Origin: the human T2T-CHM13v2.0 reference genome, Homo sapiens
Reading direction: 5' to 3' (one strand)
Length of the DNA: 64,000 bases
NCBI RefSeq assembly: GCF_009914755.1
Contig: NC_060937.1
The number at the start of each line of letters is the position of its first letter. The first letter of the stretch is position 1. Under the pieces are notes generated by a model. The model did not search any database, was not told where the DNA came from, and saw only the letters and a list, made by a program, of their open reading frames with translations. The position numbers and the translations under genes were made by a program. Below, in pieces: positions 46,789 to 60,240 of the stretch.

Positions 46789-46959
46789 AATATTCGAAAT
46801 ATATATTAGCACAGTAAAGACTCTGAAAAGATCTGTAAGATAAAAATCTGTTTAACCAGATTTATCCCAAACTTATTGGACCAGAAAACTCTTTTTCTCT
46901 TAACCATTTCATATCTCACATAATTAGTTTTCCATGGAAAATACTTTGGAAAATTCTGA

Positions 46960-48300
46960 CCTTTTTTATATAGAGAGAATAATAAAATTTATCCCTACTA
47001 TATAAAGAAACACTCCAAATGGCTTAAAGACATAAATAGAAAAAGTACCAGAGACTATCTCTGTGGCCTTGGAGTATGACTATATTCCCAAGCAAGATTC
47101 CAAAAAAATTAAGCACTAGGCAAAAATTATGAATTTGACTACATCAATATTAAGGATTTCTGTTCAACAAATAGCATGACAGAAAAACTTAACAATTGCA
47201 TAAAAGATTGGGAGAAAATATTTGCAATGTTAAAAACCATAAAAGATTAATATTTCGAGGAAATTTTGTCAATTAATAAGAAAAAGATTGGGACTCTAAA
47301 AGAAATGCAGGTAAATGATGTCAATAAGCAATGTATAAAAGGGGAAATCAGAATGGCTAACAAATATATGTTTAGCTGCATTAGCAATTGTAGGAATGCA
47401 AATTGAAAAAAGAATAAAATACTCCTTTATACTATGCATAAGTTGGCAAATATTTTTAAAATTAGATAATAGCCAATATTAGCAAGTGTGTAGGAAAATG
47501 GCTTTTCTCATGCACTGCTTGTGAAAGCATAAAACCAGTGCAACCATTCTGGAGAAAAAAATTGGCAAAACTTAGTGAAATTTAGTACATCTAGTTTCAC
47601 TCTTGAGTCTAAACCCAGAGAAAAGTATCCATAGATCCAAAGATGACAGGTACAAAGAAGTTCATCACAGCATTTTATTTCATGGTAGGGAAGGGATACT
47701 GGGAGGCAAAATAGCTGCTCATCAGCAACCAAGGGATGGATAAATAAAATACAGCTGAAGCTCATATGGAATACTATACAGCAGCCAGAAACAATAAACT
47801 GGAGGTACATAAAGCAACATGAATAGAGCTCCTGAAACTAGTGTTAAGTAAAAAAAGTAAAATTCTGGGCCAGGCTCAGTGGCTCACACCTGTAATCCCA
47901 GCAGTTTGGGAGGCCGAGGCAGGCAGATCACATGAGGTCAGAGGTTCGAGACCAGCTTGGCCAACATGGAGAAATCCTACCTCTACTAAAAATACAAAAT
48001 TAGCCAGGTGTGGTGGCACATGCCTGTAACCCCAGCTACATGGACGCTGAGGCAGGAGAACTGCATGAACACGGGAGGTGGAGGTTGCAGTGAGCCAGGA
48101 TCATGCCGTTGAACTCCAGCCTGGGCAACAAGAGCAAAACTCCATCTCAACAACAACAACAAAAAAGTAAAATTCTGATCGCACTACAGACAGTGAGATC
48201 TATAGCATAATGTCAATTATAAAACTAAAAACATATATACATATTTATATATATCATATACATACTAAACATAATGGTGGGGTATCATAAATAAAGGGGA
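46960..48300 (+). mobile_element. Old L1M 3' region interrupted by Alu
   Basis: GATTGGGAGAAAATATTTGCAAT, GGATGGATAAATAAAAT...GGAATACTATACAGCAG. Confidence 0.75.
47868..48160 (+). mobile_element. AluSp/Sq-like
   Basis: TSD AAAAAAGTAAAATTCTG 47851-47867 / 48161-48177; (CAA)n tail. Confidence 0.96.
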
Positions 48301-48311
48301 AAAATAATATA

Positions 48312-48431
48312 AGTAGAGATGAGGTTTCACCATGTTGGCCAGGCTGGTCTTGAATTCCCGACCTCAGGTGATTCACCTGCCTCGGCCTCCCAAAGTGCTG
48401 GGATTACAGGTGTGAGCCACTGTGCTTGGCC
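48312..48431 (-). mobile_element. AluS left monomer only (no tail)
   Basis: AGTAGAGATGAGGTTTCACCATG...TGTGCTTGGCC. Confidence 0.92.
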
Positions 48432-50701
48432 AATTTTTTTTTAATACAGATTACCACTGTCAAGATTGTAAATAATTCACTGGTTATAATTCTTAAATTT
48501 TATACCAAAATTATATGATTTTCCCAAAGAATACATTATCCTAAGTCCTTGCAGTATAATTTTATTAGTATGGCTTTTGAACTATTCATGTCCCCTATGT
48601 AAACAAAAGCTCTCAGTGAAAAGGCAGTTCATTTTGAGAGGTACTGTAATATATGTAAGAGTATCTTGAGTGTGTGGAAATAACATGGATTGATTTTCCC
48701 TAGGTGGAGAAGCAGGATGAAGCAAATACATCTAATACTTCCTCATTCACTCTACATTTGCATATTTGTATCAATTTCAAATGAAATTGCAACTATAATC
48801 TGCCTATGTTACAAGATCAGAGTAAATTCCCTATAGCAAAATAATCAAAGCAAAAAACAAAAAACAAATGCACACATGAGGAACTCAACAAAAAGAGCTG
48901 AATTAGAGCTTTTCAGCACACACTCCGAAAAACATAAACACAAAGCAACCACAGGCAGGCTATAAATTGTCCTGAGTTACACAATGGAGTGATAAGACAG
49001 AGATGACCTGGAAGATGTGAGCTGGCGGGACTGTCTGAGATTGATTAGTTGGCTGCCTTAATGCACAGGTAATAGGATGCCTTTCAGCTCCAGTCTGCCT
49101 ATTTTAGTCCAAATTTGTTTTCCCTCCTGCCTTAAAAATTAGAAGAGTCCCTGTCACTTCAGTTCTGCAATTATATGGAAGCTCATTCATCTCACAATAC
49201 TCCAAAATACACAAATGCCATCCTTTTTTTGCTATGCAACACAAAATGCAGTGCTCTTTTATCTAATGCCATCAACACGCAATCTCACAACGTACTTCTG
49301 AAGAAATTGATTCCAAAATTTAGCAAAATGTCAAGGTTTGGAGAGGAGATGAGAAAAAGAGACAACACTATAATAGATGCTAAGAAGAGAGCCAGGAGCA
49401 AGCTGCAAAATTGAAGATACCAGATGTGAAAGTGAAACCATCTCTATTTCATAGCAAACCTGAGCAGCAAACAATGATTCCAAACCTGCAAAGTGGAGCG
49501 CATGTGTGGTGAAAGGAATGACAGGCTATGTCATTGGGAAAGTGGAGAATTTCAGAGCCTAATTTTGGGAGTAGCCAGAAAACCAACCAAACAAATTGAT
49601 TTGGAAGAGAGAGGTATGGAACTTTATGCAGAGGTGACAATCGTCAGGATAAAGGCCAGCTTAGGAGTAGATGCACAACTTTCAGCATGCCAGGTGTCTC
49701 CTACATGAAAAGTTGTGTTTTGGGCAGCCTTCTCCAAGCCTCCATCTATGTGATCCTAAACTGATGTCTCTTGGGGAGAACTCTAGCCTAATCCAGTCCA
49801 GAGCTTTCACATGTAGGTTTGTGAGCTGTCAACATGAGTATTCTGATATCAGAGGGGACTTGTACACAGAAAACACTATCGTTATCAGATAGAAATCAAA
49901 TTAGTTGATTAAATAACAAATTTAAAACCTTGTTTACTTTAAGGACTTGAGGTTTAACTTAAAAATGTTATTGGGCTATTATATCTGATCCATTCACATC
50001 AAACATTCTAAGCATCTGTAACAAGGAACTCCCCTTTCAAAATTAGTTAATCAAATACCTTTTAACACTTTAAGCCTCATTAATAAAAATAATGCATTTC
50101 ATTTTTTCAGCCCTTCAAATGCCTAAATGGCTTCTGGCTTACAACCAGAAGAAGCAATAGCTTCTTCAAATACTTAGAAGGTTTTGTAAAATGAATGAAT
50201 TAAAATGTTAAGCTCTTTTAAACAGTCTAATACTGGTTATAGGCCAAGTCCATTTTTCTTATGCTGTTTTTGCTTATATGAGAAGCCTAAATTCAAATAC
50301 ACATTTTAAATCAAATGCATAAGACTTACATGTCAGTTTCTCCAATGTAACAAATTCTCTGTGACATGACACGAGCTTTTACTAGCAAGCATTTATTAAA
50401 TATCATTACACTTGACACACAAGTATCAATACTATGTGTTGGTTATATTTTATCATCTCTATCTTCAGTTCTTCCTATCTTATATTTCATATCTTAGGTG
50501 AGTTGAAGTTACCACCTTAATGGTGGCCACTATAGGATCATTATCTCAGGCAGCCAGAGATTGCTTATTGGGCAGAGATCTGAGGTCAGAATGCAGGGCT
50601 GAGGCATGAACAAATCCAAAGGGATTATTTCTGAGTCATTGAAGGACAAAGTTTTTATTTTCTTACCACTTTAACAGCCTCCTTTATGGGAATTTATCAT
50701 C

Positions 50702-51176
50702 TGTATATTAGTCACCAACTCTAGCTGTCTTAAGCCAAAGGAATTTGTTGGAGAAACATAAGGGCTCAGAAAATCAACAGGAGGCTGGAGTAACAGGCAT
50801 TAAGCAACTAAAATCAGCTGGAACTAATGGCACTGGAGGACCAGGCAGTAAGAACACAGCTACAGCCACACAGCAGAATGGACTGGTCAAACACTGCCCC
50901 ATCCCTGATACAAATGGCCTGTTTCTTCCATCCTTTCAGCACTTGCTCAAGACTCAAGTTCCTGAGATGGTGAATCCAATTGGTTGAGCCCAGATCATGT
51001 GCCCATCCCCCACGGCAAAAGAGCATGGATTCTTTTCCATTTCCTTAGAGGCAGGGATGTACTCTCTCTGCCATTAAGAAGACACATGTGGGAGAAAGCT
51101 AATCCCCTTAAATGAAATCAGGATGCTATGGAAAGGAGATTGATGTAGGGCTGCCAAACACAACAGATGACCACCA
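50702..51176 (-). mobile_element. MLT1K/L-like LTR
   Basis: CCAACTCTAGCTGTCTTAAGCCAAAGGAATTT...GGTTGAGCCCAGATCATGTGCCC. Confidence 0.65.
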
Positions 51177-54100
51177 TTTCCTACCCATTATCTTGTGTTT
51201 CAAAATCCATGACTAATCCTTTTGATATCACCATTCTCGTAACCTCACATTTTTATTATATCTCATAACCCCCCAGCTTACCTTTATTCACCTTTAATCC
51301 ACATCTTTTGAAAAGATATTAATTTGGGGCTGAATCACCAATGGTTTGGGATTTTTAAAACTATTTTTCAAATCAATTTCATAACCTGCAAAATATTTCA
51401 CGGATGTGAAGTGTGAAGACAGTCTATCACCATCCCCTGCAGAAGAAGTCTAAATGAGACATTACCTTCCCAGGCACCGAGTTGGTTCCTCAGATTAGGA
51501 CATTGGGTTTCTAGTACACATCTGGGACAAATAAAGGTTTTGTTTTTTTCTTAAGCTTCTGATTTATAGGTCAACAAAACAGCATGTTCTCTGCAAAAAT
51601 GCTCTTAAGATGCATGGTATTTCTCTAGTGAGACAAACATGCCATTTAATAGTCATCAGATATTTATAAGGTGACAATTCATTCACTTCACTGTTGCCCC
51701 ATTGCTGTTCAGGAAAGGCTTCAAAGTCCAGCCTTCATTCCTGGCTCTTCCGTGCCAGGCAAACCTCCTTGCCAGGAGTCTTCACTGAGGTTACTCTTCA
51801 CAGTGCCTGCTGTGGCAAACAAAGCCACATCGTGGCACATGGCACCTATCAGTGACTTGGTATTAGGACCAAAGTTAACATTTGGTAAACAAGTCTGCTG
51901 CCTTCAATTCCCCTCAAATCACTTTTCCTTTTACACAATCATTTGGTCATGGTAATGGAGTCCACACAGAAGAGTGGTAAAAAGAGTGGCATTTCTCTGA
52001 GCCAGCATCAACCTGCAGAATAGGAATAGGACTCTCACTTCTTTTGTGCCACACGCCTACAAACGCTGACCCTCCCTCTCCAGAGCCCTGCTGCAGAATA
52101 GGTATAGCCTTTCTGTCTCCTGGAGACAAAAACTTACACCAGCTCCTGCAACGATCTGGGATGTATTATGTAATGCTTACTCTGTATTACCTGTGGTGAG
52201 TCACCATGTCATTTTGCACTTGTCTATACCAAATAAATCCTTAACAAAAATGCGCAAAGTTGCTGATGGAAGAGGAAGCTGTTGATAACTTTCTTTCCAT
52301 CATTTGGAGCCACATCACATAACTTGTCCTATGTTATTTTTTGGAAGTAGTTTTATTCCTGGCTTGTTGGTCTCTGGCTACTTATCTTACTGTAGCATAT
52401 CTCATTAGGAGATAAAAGAGATCAGATTCTATTTGTTATGCCTTATTTGTCGTCCTTAGAATCACAACACAGCATTCACATATCACATACCATGGGACTG
52501 TTAAAAAATACAAAAACAAAGTATATTCTGCCCCATTCAAGCTCAATAAATACTTGTTGACAGACTGCCAAACTCTATCCAAAAACAGAAGAAATGCCAA
52601 TTGTGCAATGATTCCTCTTTATAACAAATACAAGGGCATTCATTAATTCACTCACTAAATTTATTGAGTGCCACCATGCCAAGCACTGGGCTAGACACAG
52701 GGGAAATAATAATACACAAATCATTCCCCTGCTCTCCTGGAACAACAAATATTAATAAGAACTACACAGATAAGACAAACTGCAGTGATGACCAATGTTA
52801 GGAGGAGATGCAAAAGGCCACACAAGACTACAAATGGGAGCTGATTAGTTAAGCAGGTCAGGAGAGTCTCCCTGAAGAAATGGTACTTGAACTGAGATCA
52901 GAAAAATGAAGGGAGGATATTTAGCTGAACAGAGAAGAGCACCCAAGGCTAAGAAAATAGCCTTGGGGTAGGAGGAAGCTTTGATGGCAAGCACAAAGAA
53001 CTGGAAGGTCTTTGTGCCTGCACAGAGTGAGTGAGGGGAAGTGGGCTGGACAGGAGCCTGAAAACCTAGCTACACATCTTGCCAAGGAGTTTGTCTTCTC
53101 CTAAGAACTATGGATTGAAAGATCTCTTAGATTGAAACAAGAAGGTCAGGACTGGGTTTGAGAATGGGAAGCGTGAAAACTGTGGGCACCAGTCATTTTC
53201 CCTCACAAGCTTTTTGGAGCCTTAGAGTAGACATGGGAATAGCATGGATGAAAGACACCATTGGGGGTGCAAGGCCTTCCAGGTGTCCCTTCTGTTTCTC
53301 CTGTGTCTTGGGGTGTCAGCCATGGCCAGCACTTGTCAGAGTGACCAAGTCTTTAAATGTGAAAGTCACTGTAGCGTGGGGTATCCAGGATTTCTTCTCC
53401 CACCCCACATGAGGTCAGCAGTTCTGCCACTCAGCAGCCCTCATGGCCCAGGCCTGAAGTCCAATATCTGAATGGTGAAATTGTTGCTGGATTATGTTGA
53501 GGATTCTCTGAGTCTCTGTTGCAGAACCTAGGATTTCTCTGTTACGTCCTTTTAGGGGCTTTCCATCAGCAGGCCTGGCTGTTGCTGGCAGGCAGGCTGG
53601 CTGATTGCAGAAGCACAAGGATTTAGAAAAAGGGTTCGTAATATAAAAAGATTTTTGTATTGAAAGCACCACTCTGGCTCCAGTGTGTAGGACAGATTAG
53701 AGGGGGCTCACAATGGGGATGATGAAACCAATTAGGAGGTGATTGTGGCTTAAACCAGTGTGGAAATGAAAGCGACAAAGTGCACAGAGTCAAGGGACAT
53801 TTAGGAGTATAAATGTAAACAGAGCTTGGTAGCTGATATAGAAATGAGATTCTAGGCTTATGATTCACACAACTAGATGAAGTCCCCAAACTCATTAAAA
53901 ACTCATAACAGTGTTATTCTCAAGAATAGGGGACATGGGAAGAGGACAAGATTTGGTCCTGGGTACATGCATCATCAAAAGAAAAATCTTTTAAAGGTGA
54001 AATTTTTTCATGCTGATAAATAATCATGGCAGTTGTGTCAACAGTAGAGAGAAGTATGTAGAAACTGAATGGGGAAACTGAGTGGGAAGAGGCTGAGCCG

Positions 54101-54244
54101 GTGAGGAAAAACAAAGCTGCAGTAGAAGCCACAGGTAGTTATTTTAAATAACTGTTTACTTAATAATTTAATGATATTGAATAAATTGTATTAAAACACA
54201 ATTTTATAACAACTACAGAGTAATGCACATAAAGAAGCTATGTA

Positions 54245-54533
54245 GGCTGGTCATGGTGCCTTACACCTGTAATCCCAGGACTTTTGGAGGCTGAAGCAGG
54301 TGGATCACTGGAGCCCAGGAGCTCAAGACCAGCCTGAGCAAACCCCATCTCTACAAAAATATAAAAATTAGCCAGGTATGGTGGGGCATGCCTGTAGTCC
54401 CAGCTACTCAGGAGGCTGAGGTGGGAGGATCAGCTGAGCCTGGGGAAGTCAGAGCTGCAGTGAGCTGTGATTGCACCACTGCACTCCAGCCTCGGTAACA
54501 GAGTGAGACTCTGTCTCAAAAAAAAAAAAAAAA
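54245..54533 (+). mobile_element. AluJ
   Basis: GAGCCCAGGAG, GAGGTGGGAGGATCAGCTGAGCCTGGG; TSD AAAGAAGCTAT. Confidence 0.95.
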
Positions 54534-54602
54534 AGAAGCTATACAGATAAACATGGAAGAGGTGCTAAATGGAATTCTCATGTATTCATCATTGATCAAT
54601 TT

Positions 54603-54757
54603 ATTTATTTATCTATTTATTTCAATTTATTTTAATAAAAAACAAAGGCAGGGTCCCACTGTATTGCTCAGGCTGGTCTCAAATTCCTGAGCTCAAGCAA
54701 TCCTCCCGCCTCAGCCTCCCAAAGTACTGAGATTATAGTGAGCCACTATACCCGGCC
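54603..54757 (-). mobile_element. FLAM/AluJ monomer
   Basis: Single monomer with (TTTA)n tail; TSD ATTGATCAATTT. Confidence 0.9.
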
Positions 54758-55485
54758 ATTGATCAATTTTTAACATTTTTGCTCTGAAGCCAAGTAAGGC
54801 AGAGAAACTAGGGGACCCTAACAGATGACAACAGCTGGTGTTCAGAGGTCAGGCTCCACAGAGCCTTGCTCAGAGGAGCATTGCTCCAGGGATGGTTAAT
54901 TCTTATTTTGTGGGTATGCACCAAACCCCCTCTAGCGTCTCTGAGGTCTGTTCCACTCCTGAAATTTGATGACACTGAATTTACTCCAAACAGGACTCAA
55001 AACACCGGGCGTCAGAACATCTCTGATGGCTCAGTACGTTTTTGGTCTAGCAAGTGTGTATCACATCTTCCTTCTTAAGGCCACTTGCTTAAGTTGGTGT
55101 AAAATTGGAGTCCTGGGCATATCCAGCTGGAAATTTCCTAGTAAAACTGAGGAATTCGAGAGGTGATGGTGTAACAAAAGGGAAGAGAAGGAAGGGATGC
55201 TGCAGCAATACAGCACACAGCTGGAGCTGCACCACAGGTCCCAGCCTAAGGCTCTGCCCTCCCACTCCAGTTGTTCAGTCAGCACTGTATGTCTGGCAGC
55301 AGAAACATACAGAAATTTAAGGTAATTTGCGGGGCATCAATTCCAACTATTTCTAGCAAGTATTATATTATTAGCCCCTTCACTTTTACTAAAATTAATC
55401 AGAGTTGAGTTATTTTTATTGAGTGATTATACTCTGATTTCAAATAGTTACTAGAAGGTAAAACTTGGTTTTGCCTTCAAAGTGA

Positions 55486-55789
<304 letters not shown>

Positions 55790-56176
55790 GCATTGTTAAT
55801 TTTTAATTGGTTTGCAACATTAGTGTGCCTGTTTACAGATGACAGATCATTGAAAGAGTAACACATTTGTTTATATGTTTGTGTTTGCATATATATATCT
55901 GCAAATGAGAAGGAATAAAATCAACTCATTCGCTGAGAAGCAGAAGGACTGTTCTTTTTTTCTTTAGTGACAAGCAGTACAATCTTGTAAGTGGACAAGG
56001 TTTTGACATGGGCTGCAGGCTAGAGAAGACAGGCATTGGACTAAATATGGTTCCTGGTATGTTAGTGCTAACTCTGCCCTTTTCACACTGTTCCTCCTAC
56101 TGCATCAATGTGAGGGGCAACCCTATAACTCCTGCCTGCACTACAGGGGCCATGATGCTGTTCAGCTGTAGACTGA

Positions 56177-56887
56177 TGTTAAATTAAACTACATTTGGCA
56201 TGAGGATGCCTCCATACTTGAGTCCTTATGTAATGAACTGCAGCCTAACTAAGTGCATAACTAACTGAATGTTTAACTTAGTAGTTACTGAATGTTTAAC
56301 TTAGTAGTATACTTTGGTTTAACTGAATGTTTAACTTAGTAGTATACTTTTGTAACAGTATGCTTTTGTAAAAAGTATACTGACTTAGTAGTATGCTTTT
56401 GTAAAAAGTATACTGACTTAGTAGTATGCTTTTGTAAAAAGTATACTTACTTAGTAGTATGCTTTTGTAAAAGTGGACTTAGTAGTATACTTAGTAGTAT
56501 ATTTACTTAGTATATTTTTGTAATGGTATACTTTTGTAAAAGTAGTATACTTTCGTATACTTTTATACTAAGTTAAACTGAATGTTTAACTTAGTAGTAT
56601 ATTTTGTAACAGGTAGCTGAGTCTCAGCCAATCACAGCAGCTAAGCTGTCATCAATTGCAGATAGCCAATTTATCAGATCATGTTCCAATGAGGCAAACG
56701 CTAAGCTGTAACCAATCAAGCTGCTTCTACACCTCACTTCTGTTTTCTGTCCATAAATGCTGCCTGCCCACATTGTGCAGCAGAGCTCTGAACCTCTTCT
56801 GATTTTGAGGGCTGCCTAACTGGCAAATCATTCTTTGCTCAATTAAACACTACTACATTTAATTTTTCTAAAGTTTTTCCTTTAACA
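56177..56887 (+). mobile_element. MER57-family ERV1 solo LTR with internal repeat expansion
   Basis: TGTTAAA...TTTAACA termini; 4-bp TSD CTGA; AGCTGAGTCTCAGCCAATCACAGCAG, AAGCTGTAACCAATC, CATAAAT, ATTAAA. Confidence 0.88.
56262..56610. repeat. Complex AT-rich minisatellite (ACTTAGTAGTAT core; 33-bp unit about x3)
   Basis: ACTGAATGTTTAACTTAGTAGT x4; ACTTAGTAGTATGCTTTTGTAAAA x3. Confidence 0.95.
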
Positions 56888-57039
56888 CTGAGAACTCTAG
56901 GATCATTTTAGCAAAAAATATATATATATAGTATTTTATTTCTTAATGCAAGCATTAAAGGGTGACATTAAGCTAAATTTAAGTGATATCTGGCATGATA
57001 CTGAAAACTATGGATCATTGGAGGTCAGGAGGAGTGCCA

Positions 57040-57390
57040 AGAGAGTGGATGACAGATTTAGCAAACAAAACGATCTTGGCAAACTAGAATGATTGATTAA
57101 ATCTATCAAGTTGATGTTTAATAAAGATAAATATAAGAAATTTCCTTTACATGGAGAAACAAATTCCACAAGCAGAGGTTGGAAGATATATGGTTTAGCA
57201 ACAACACAGAAAAAAGTATCAGGATTTTAGATTATTTGAAATTCAATATGATACGGCTACATAAGAATAATTAGTCTTGAATTCCATTTATAAAATATGA
57301 TAGTGTCTAGCAAAAGGTAAGTGTTCAGCTCCAGTGAAACCACAACACAATTTTATCATTGTACCCATTTCTGAGGAACACCTTAGAAGG
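57040..57390. mobile_element. CR1/L3 relic (probably continues ~60250-60590)
   Basis: GATCTTGGCAAACTAGAATG...GTTTAATAAAGATAAATATAAG. Confidence 0.55.
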
Positions 57391-57405
57391 ACCTGTTTTA
57401 GTTAG

Positions 57406-59749
57406 CGTATCAGTTCATTTTCTCACTACTATAGAGAACTACCTGAAACGGGGTAATTTATGAAGAAAAGAGGTTCAATTGGCTCACAGTTCCACAGGCT
57501 GTACAGGAAGCATGGCTGAGAGGCCTCAGAAAACTTACAATCCTGGTGGAGATGAAGGGGAAGCAAGCATGTCTTAGCATGGTGGAGCAGGAGACAGAGA
57601 GTGAAGGGGGAAGTGCTACACACTTTTAAATAACCAGATCTTGTGAGAACTCACTCACTATCATGAGAACAGCTAGGGAGAAATTTGCCCCATGATCCAA
57701 TCACCTCCCACCAGGTCCCTCCCCCGACACTGGGAATTACAATTCAACATGAGATTTGGGTGAAGACAGAGAGACAAACTATATCATTCTGCCCCTGGGC
57801 CCTCCTAAATCTCATGTCCTCACATTTCAAAACACAATAATGCCTTCCAAGCAGTCCCCCAAAGTCTGAACTCATTCCAGCATTAAAAGTACAAATCCAA
57901 AGTCTTTGGATTTTACCAGTCTGTAAAATCAAAAACAAGTTAGCTACATCCAAGATACAATGAGGGTAAATGCTCCCATTCCAAACTGGAGAAACTGGCC
58001 AAAACAAAGGGGCTACAGGTACCTTGTAAGTCCAAAACCCAGCAGGGCAGTCATTAAATCTTAAAGCTCCAAAATAATCTCCTTAGGCTCCATGTCTCGC
58101 ATCCAGGGCATGCTGATACCATGGGGTAGGTGCCAAGGACTTGGGCAGCTCCACCTGCCCCTGTGGCTCTGCAGGGTACAACCCCCACAGATGCTTTCAT
58201 GGGCCAGCTTTGAGTGCCTGCAGCCTTTCCAGACACATAGTGCAAGCTGTTGGGGAATCTACCATTCTGGGGTCTGGAGAACAGTGGCCCTCTTCTCACA
58301 GCTCCACTAGGTGGTGCCCCAGTAAGGATTCTGTGTGGGGGCTCTAACCCCACATTTTTCCCGCCACACTGCCCTAGTAAAGATTCTCCATGGTGGCTCT
58401 ACCCCTGCAGCAGATCTGCCTGGACATCCAAGCATTTCCATACATCATCTGAAATCTAGGTTGAGGCTTCCAAACCGCAGCTCTTGCCTTCTGCACATCT
58501 GCAGGCCAAACACCACATGGAAGCCACCAAGGGTTGGAAGCTTGGGGCTTGCACTATCTGAAGTAATGGCCTGAGCTCTACCTTGGTCCCTTTTAACCAC
58601 AGCTGGAGCTGAGGTGGCTGGGATGCAGGATGCCATGTTCCAAGGCAGCACAGAGTAGCAGGGCCCTGTGCCTGGTCCATAAAAACATTTTTCTCTACTA
58701 GGCCTCCAGGCCTGTGATGGTAGGGGCTGCCACTAGAGTCTCTGAAATGCCTTGGAGGCATTTTCCCCATTGTGTTGGCTATTAACATTTGGCTCTTCTT
58801 ATGCAAGTTTCTGTAGCCTTGAATTCCTCCCAAGAAAACGGATTGTTCCTTTCCACCACATGGTTGGGCTGCAAATTTTCTAAACTTTTATGCTCTGCTT
58901 CCCTTTTAAATATAAGTTCTAATTTCAGGTCATTTTTTGTTTATGCAAATGAGAATGGGCTTTTAGAAGCAGCCAGGCCACTGCTTGAATGCTTTGTTGC
59001 TTAGAAATTTATTCTGCCAGATATCCTAAATCATCTCTCTCAAGTTCAAAGTTCCATAGATCCCTAGAGCAGAGCTGCTAATCTCTTTTCTAAAGTATAG
59101 CAAGAGTGACCTTTATTCCAGTTCCCAACAAGTTCCTCATCTCCATCTGAGACAACCTCAGCCTGGACTTCACTATCCATATCACAATCAGCATTTTGGT
59201 CACAACCATTCAACAGGTGTCTAGGAAGTTTCAGACTTTGCTGTATCTTCCTGTCTTCTTCTGAGCTCTCCAAACTGTTCCAGTCTCTGCCTATTATCCA
59301 GTTCCAAAGTCGTTTCCACATTTTCAAGTATCTTTATAGCAATACCCCACTTCTGGTACCAATTTTCTAAATGAGTCCATTCTCACACTGCTATAAAGAA
59401 CTACCTGAGACTGGATAATTTATGAAAAAAAGAGGTTTAACTGACTCACAGTTCCACAGGCTATACAGGAAGCATGGCTGGGAGGCCTCAGAAAACTTAC
59501 AGTCATGGTGGAAGGAGAAGGGGAAGCAAGTACATCTTATCATGGTGGAGCAGGAGAGAGAGGGCAAAGAGGGAAGTGCTACACACTTTTAAACAACCAG
59601 ATTTCATGAGAACTCATTCACTATCACAAGAATAGCAAGTGGGAAATCTGCCCCATGATTCAATCACCGCCTGCCAGGTCCCTACCCCAACACTGGGTAT
59701 TAGAATTCAATATGAGATTTGGGAGGGGACACAGAGCCAAACCACGTTA
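57406..59749 (-). mobile_element. Full-length MSTA-like MaLR provirus (LTRs 57406-57786 and 59368-59749, ~1.6-kb internal)
   Basis: Two similar LTRs; internal ends AATACCCCACTTCTGGTACCAATTTTC; TSD GTTAG/CTTAG; inserted near the end of an MLT1J-like LTR. Confidence 0.93.
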
Positions 59750-60240
59750 CTTAGGGTAAGTCTAGGCTGCTGATACAATGAGAGACATTGATACAATGGC
59801 TTAAGGAACAAAGAAGTTGCTTTCTCTTTTGTATAACAGTCCCAGGTGATGTCCTAGGCTGACAGGCAGCTCTCTTTGATGAAGTCCTTCAGGGAACCAG
59901 GTTCTTTCCATTACCATTGCCTCATCATTCAACAGAGCGTTGTCACCTACCATAGGGGTGAAACAGGGGCACCACTGTGACCAGGTTACTACTGACAGAA
60001 TGAAGGAAGGGCATGTAGAATACGTATCTACTGCTTTAGATGCTGGCCAGGAATTGACAATCATAATTTCCGCTCACATTCCACTGTAACCCACAATATA
60101 CTCATATCTAACTGCATGGGAGGCTGGGAAAGGTATTTCAGCTATCTTTACTAAAGATGAGTCTACCCAACCATAAGAACAAAAAAAAAAAAAAAAAGAA
60201 GAATGAATGATTTGGGTGGCTAGAGCACAGTCTTTGGCAT
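59750..60240 (-). mobile_element. MLT1J-like LTR remainder
   Basis: GTCTAGGCTGCTG...TTCAGGGAACCAGGTTCTTTCC...CTAACTGCATGGGAGGCTGGGAAA. Confidence 0.7.

Noticed and set aside
52012-52110. Repeated CTGCAGAATAGG(A/T)ATAG 80 bp apart
   Set aside because: Too short and isolated to interpret
56262-56610. Repeat array superficially like a CRISPR
   Set aside because: No unique spacers, irregular units, no cas genes, primate LTR context
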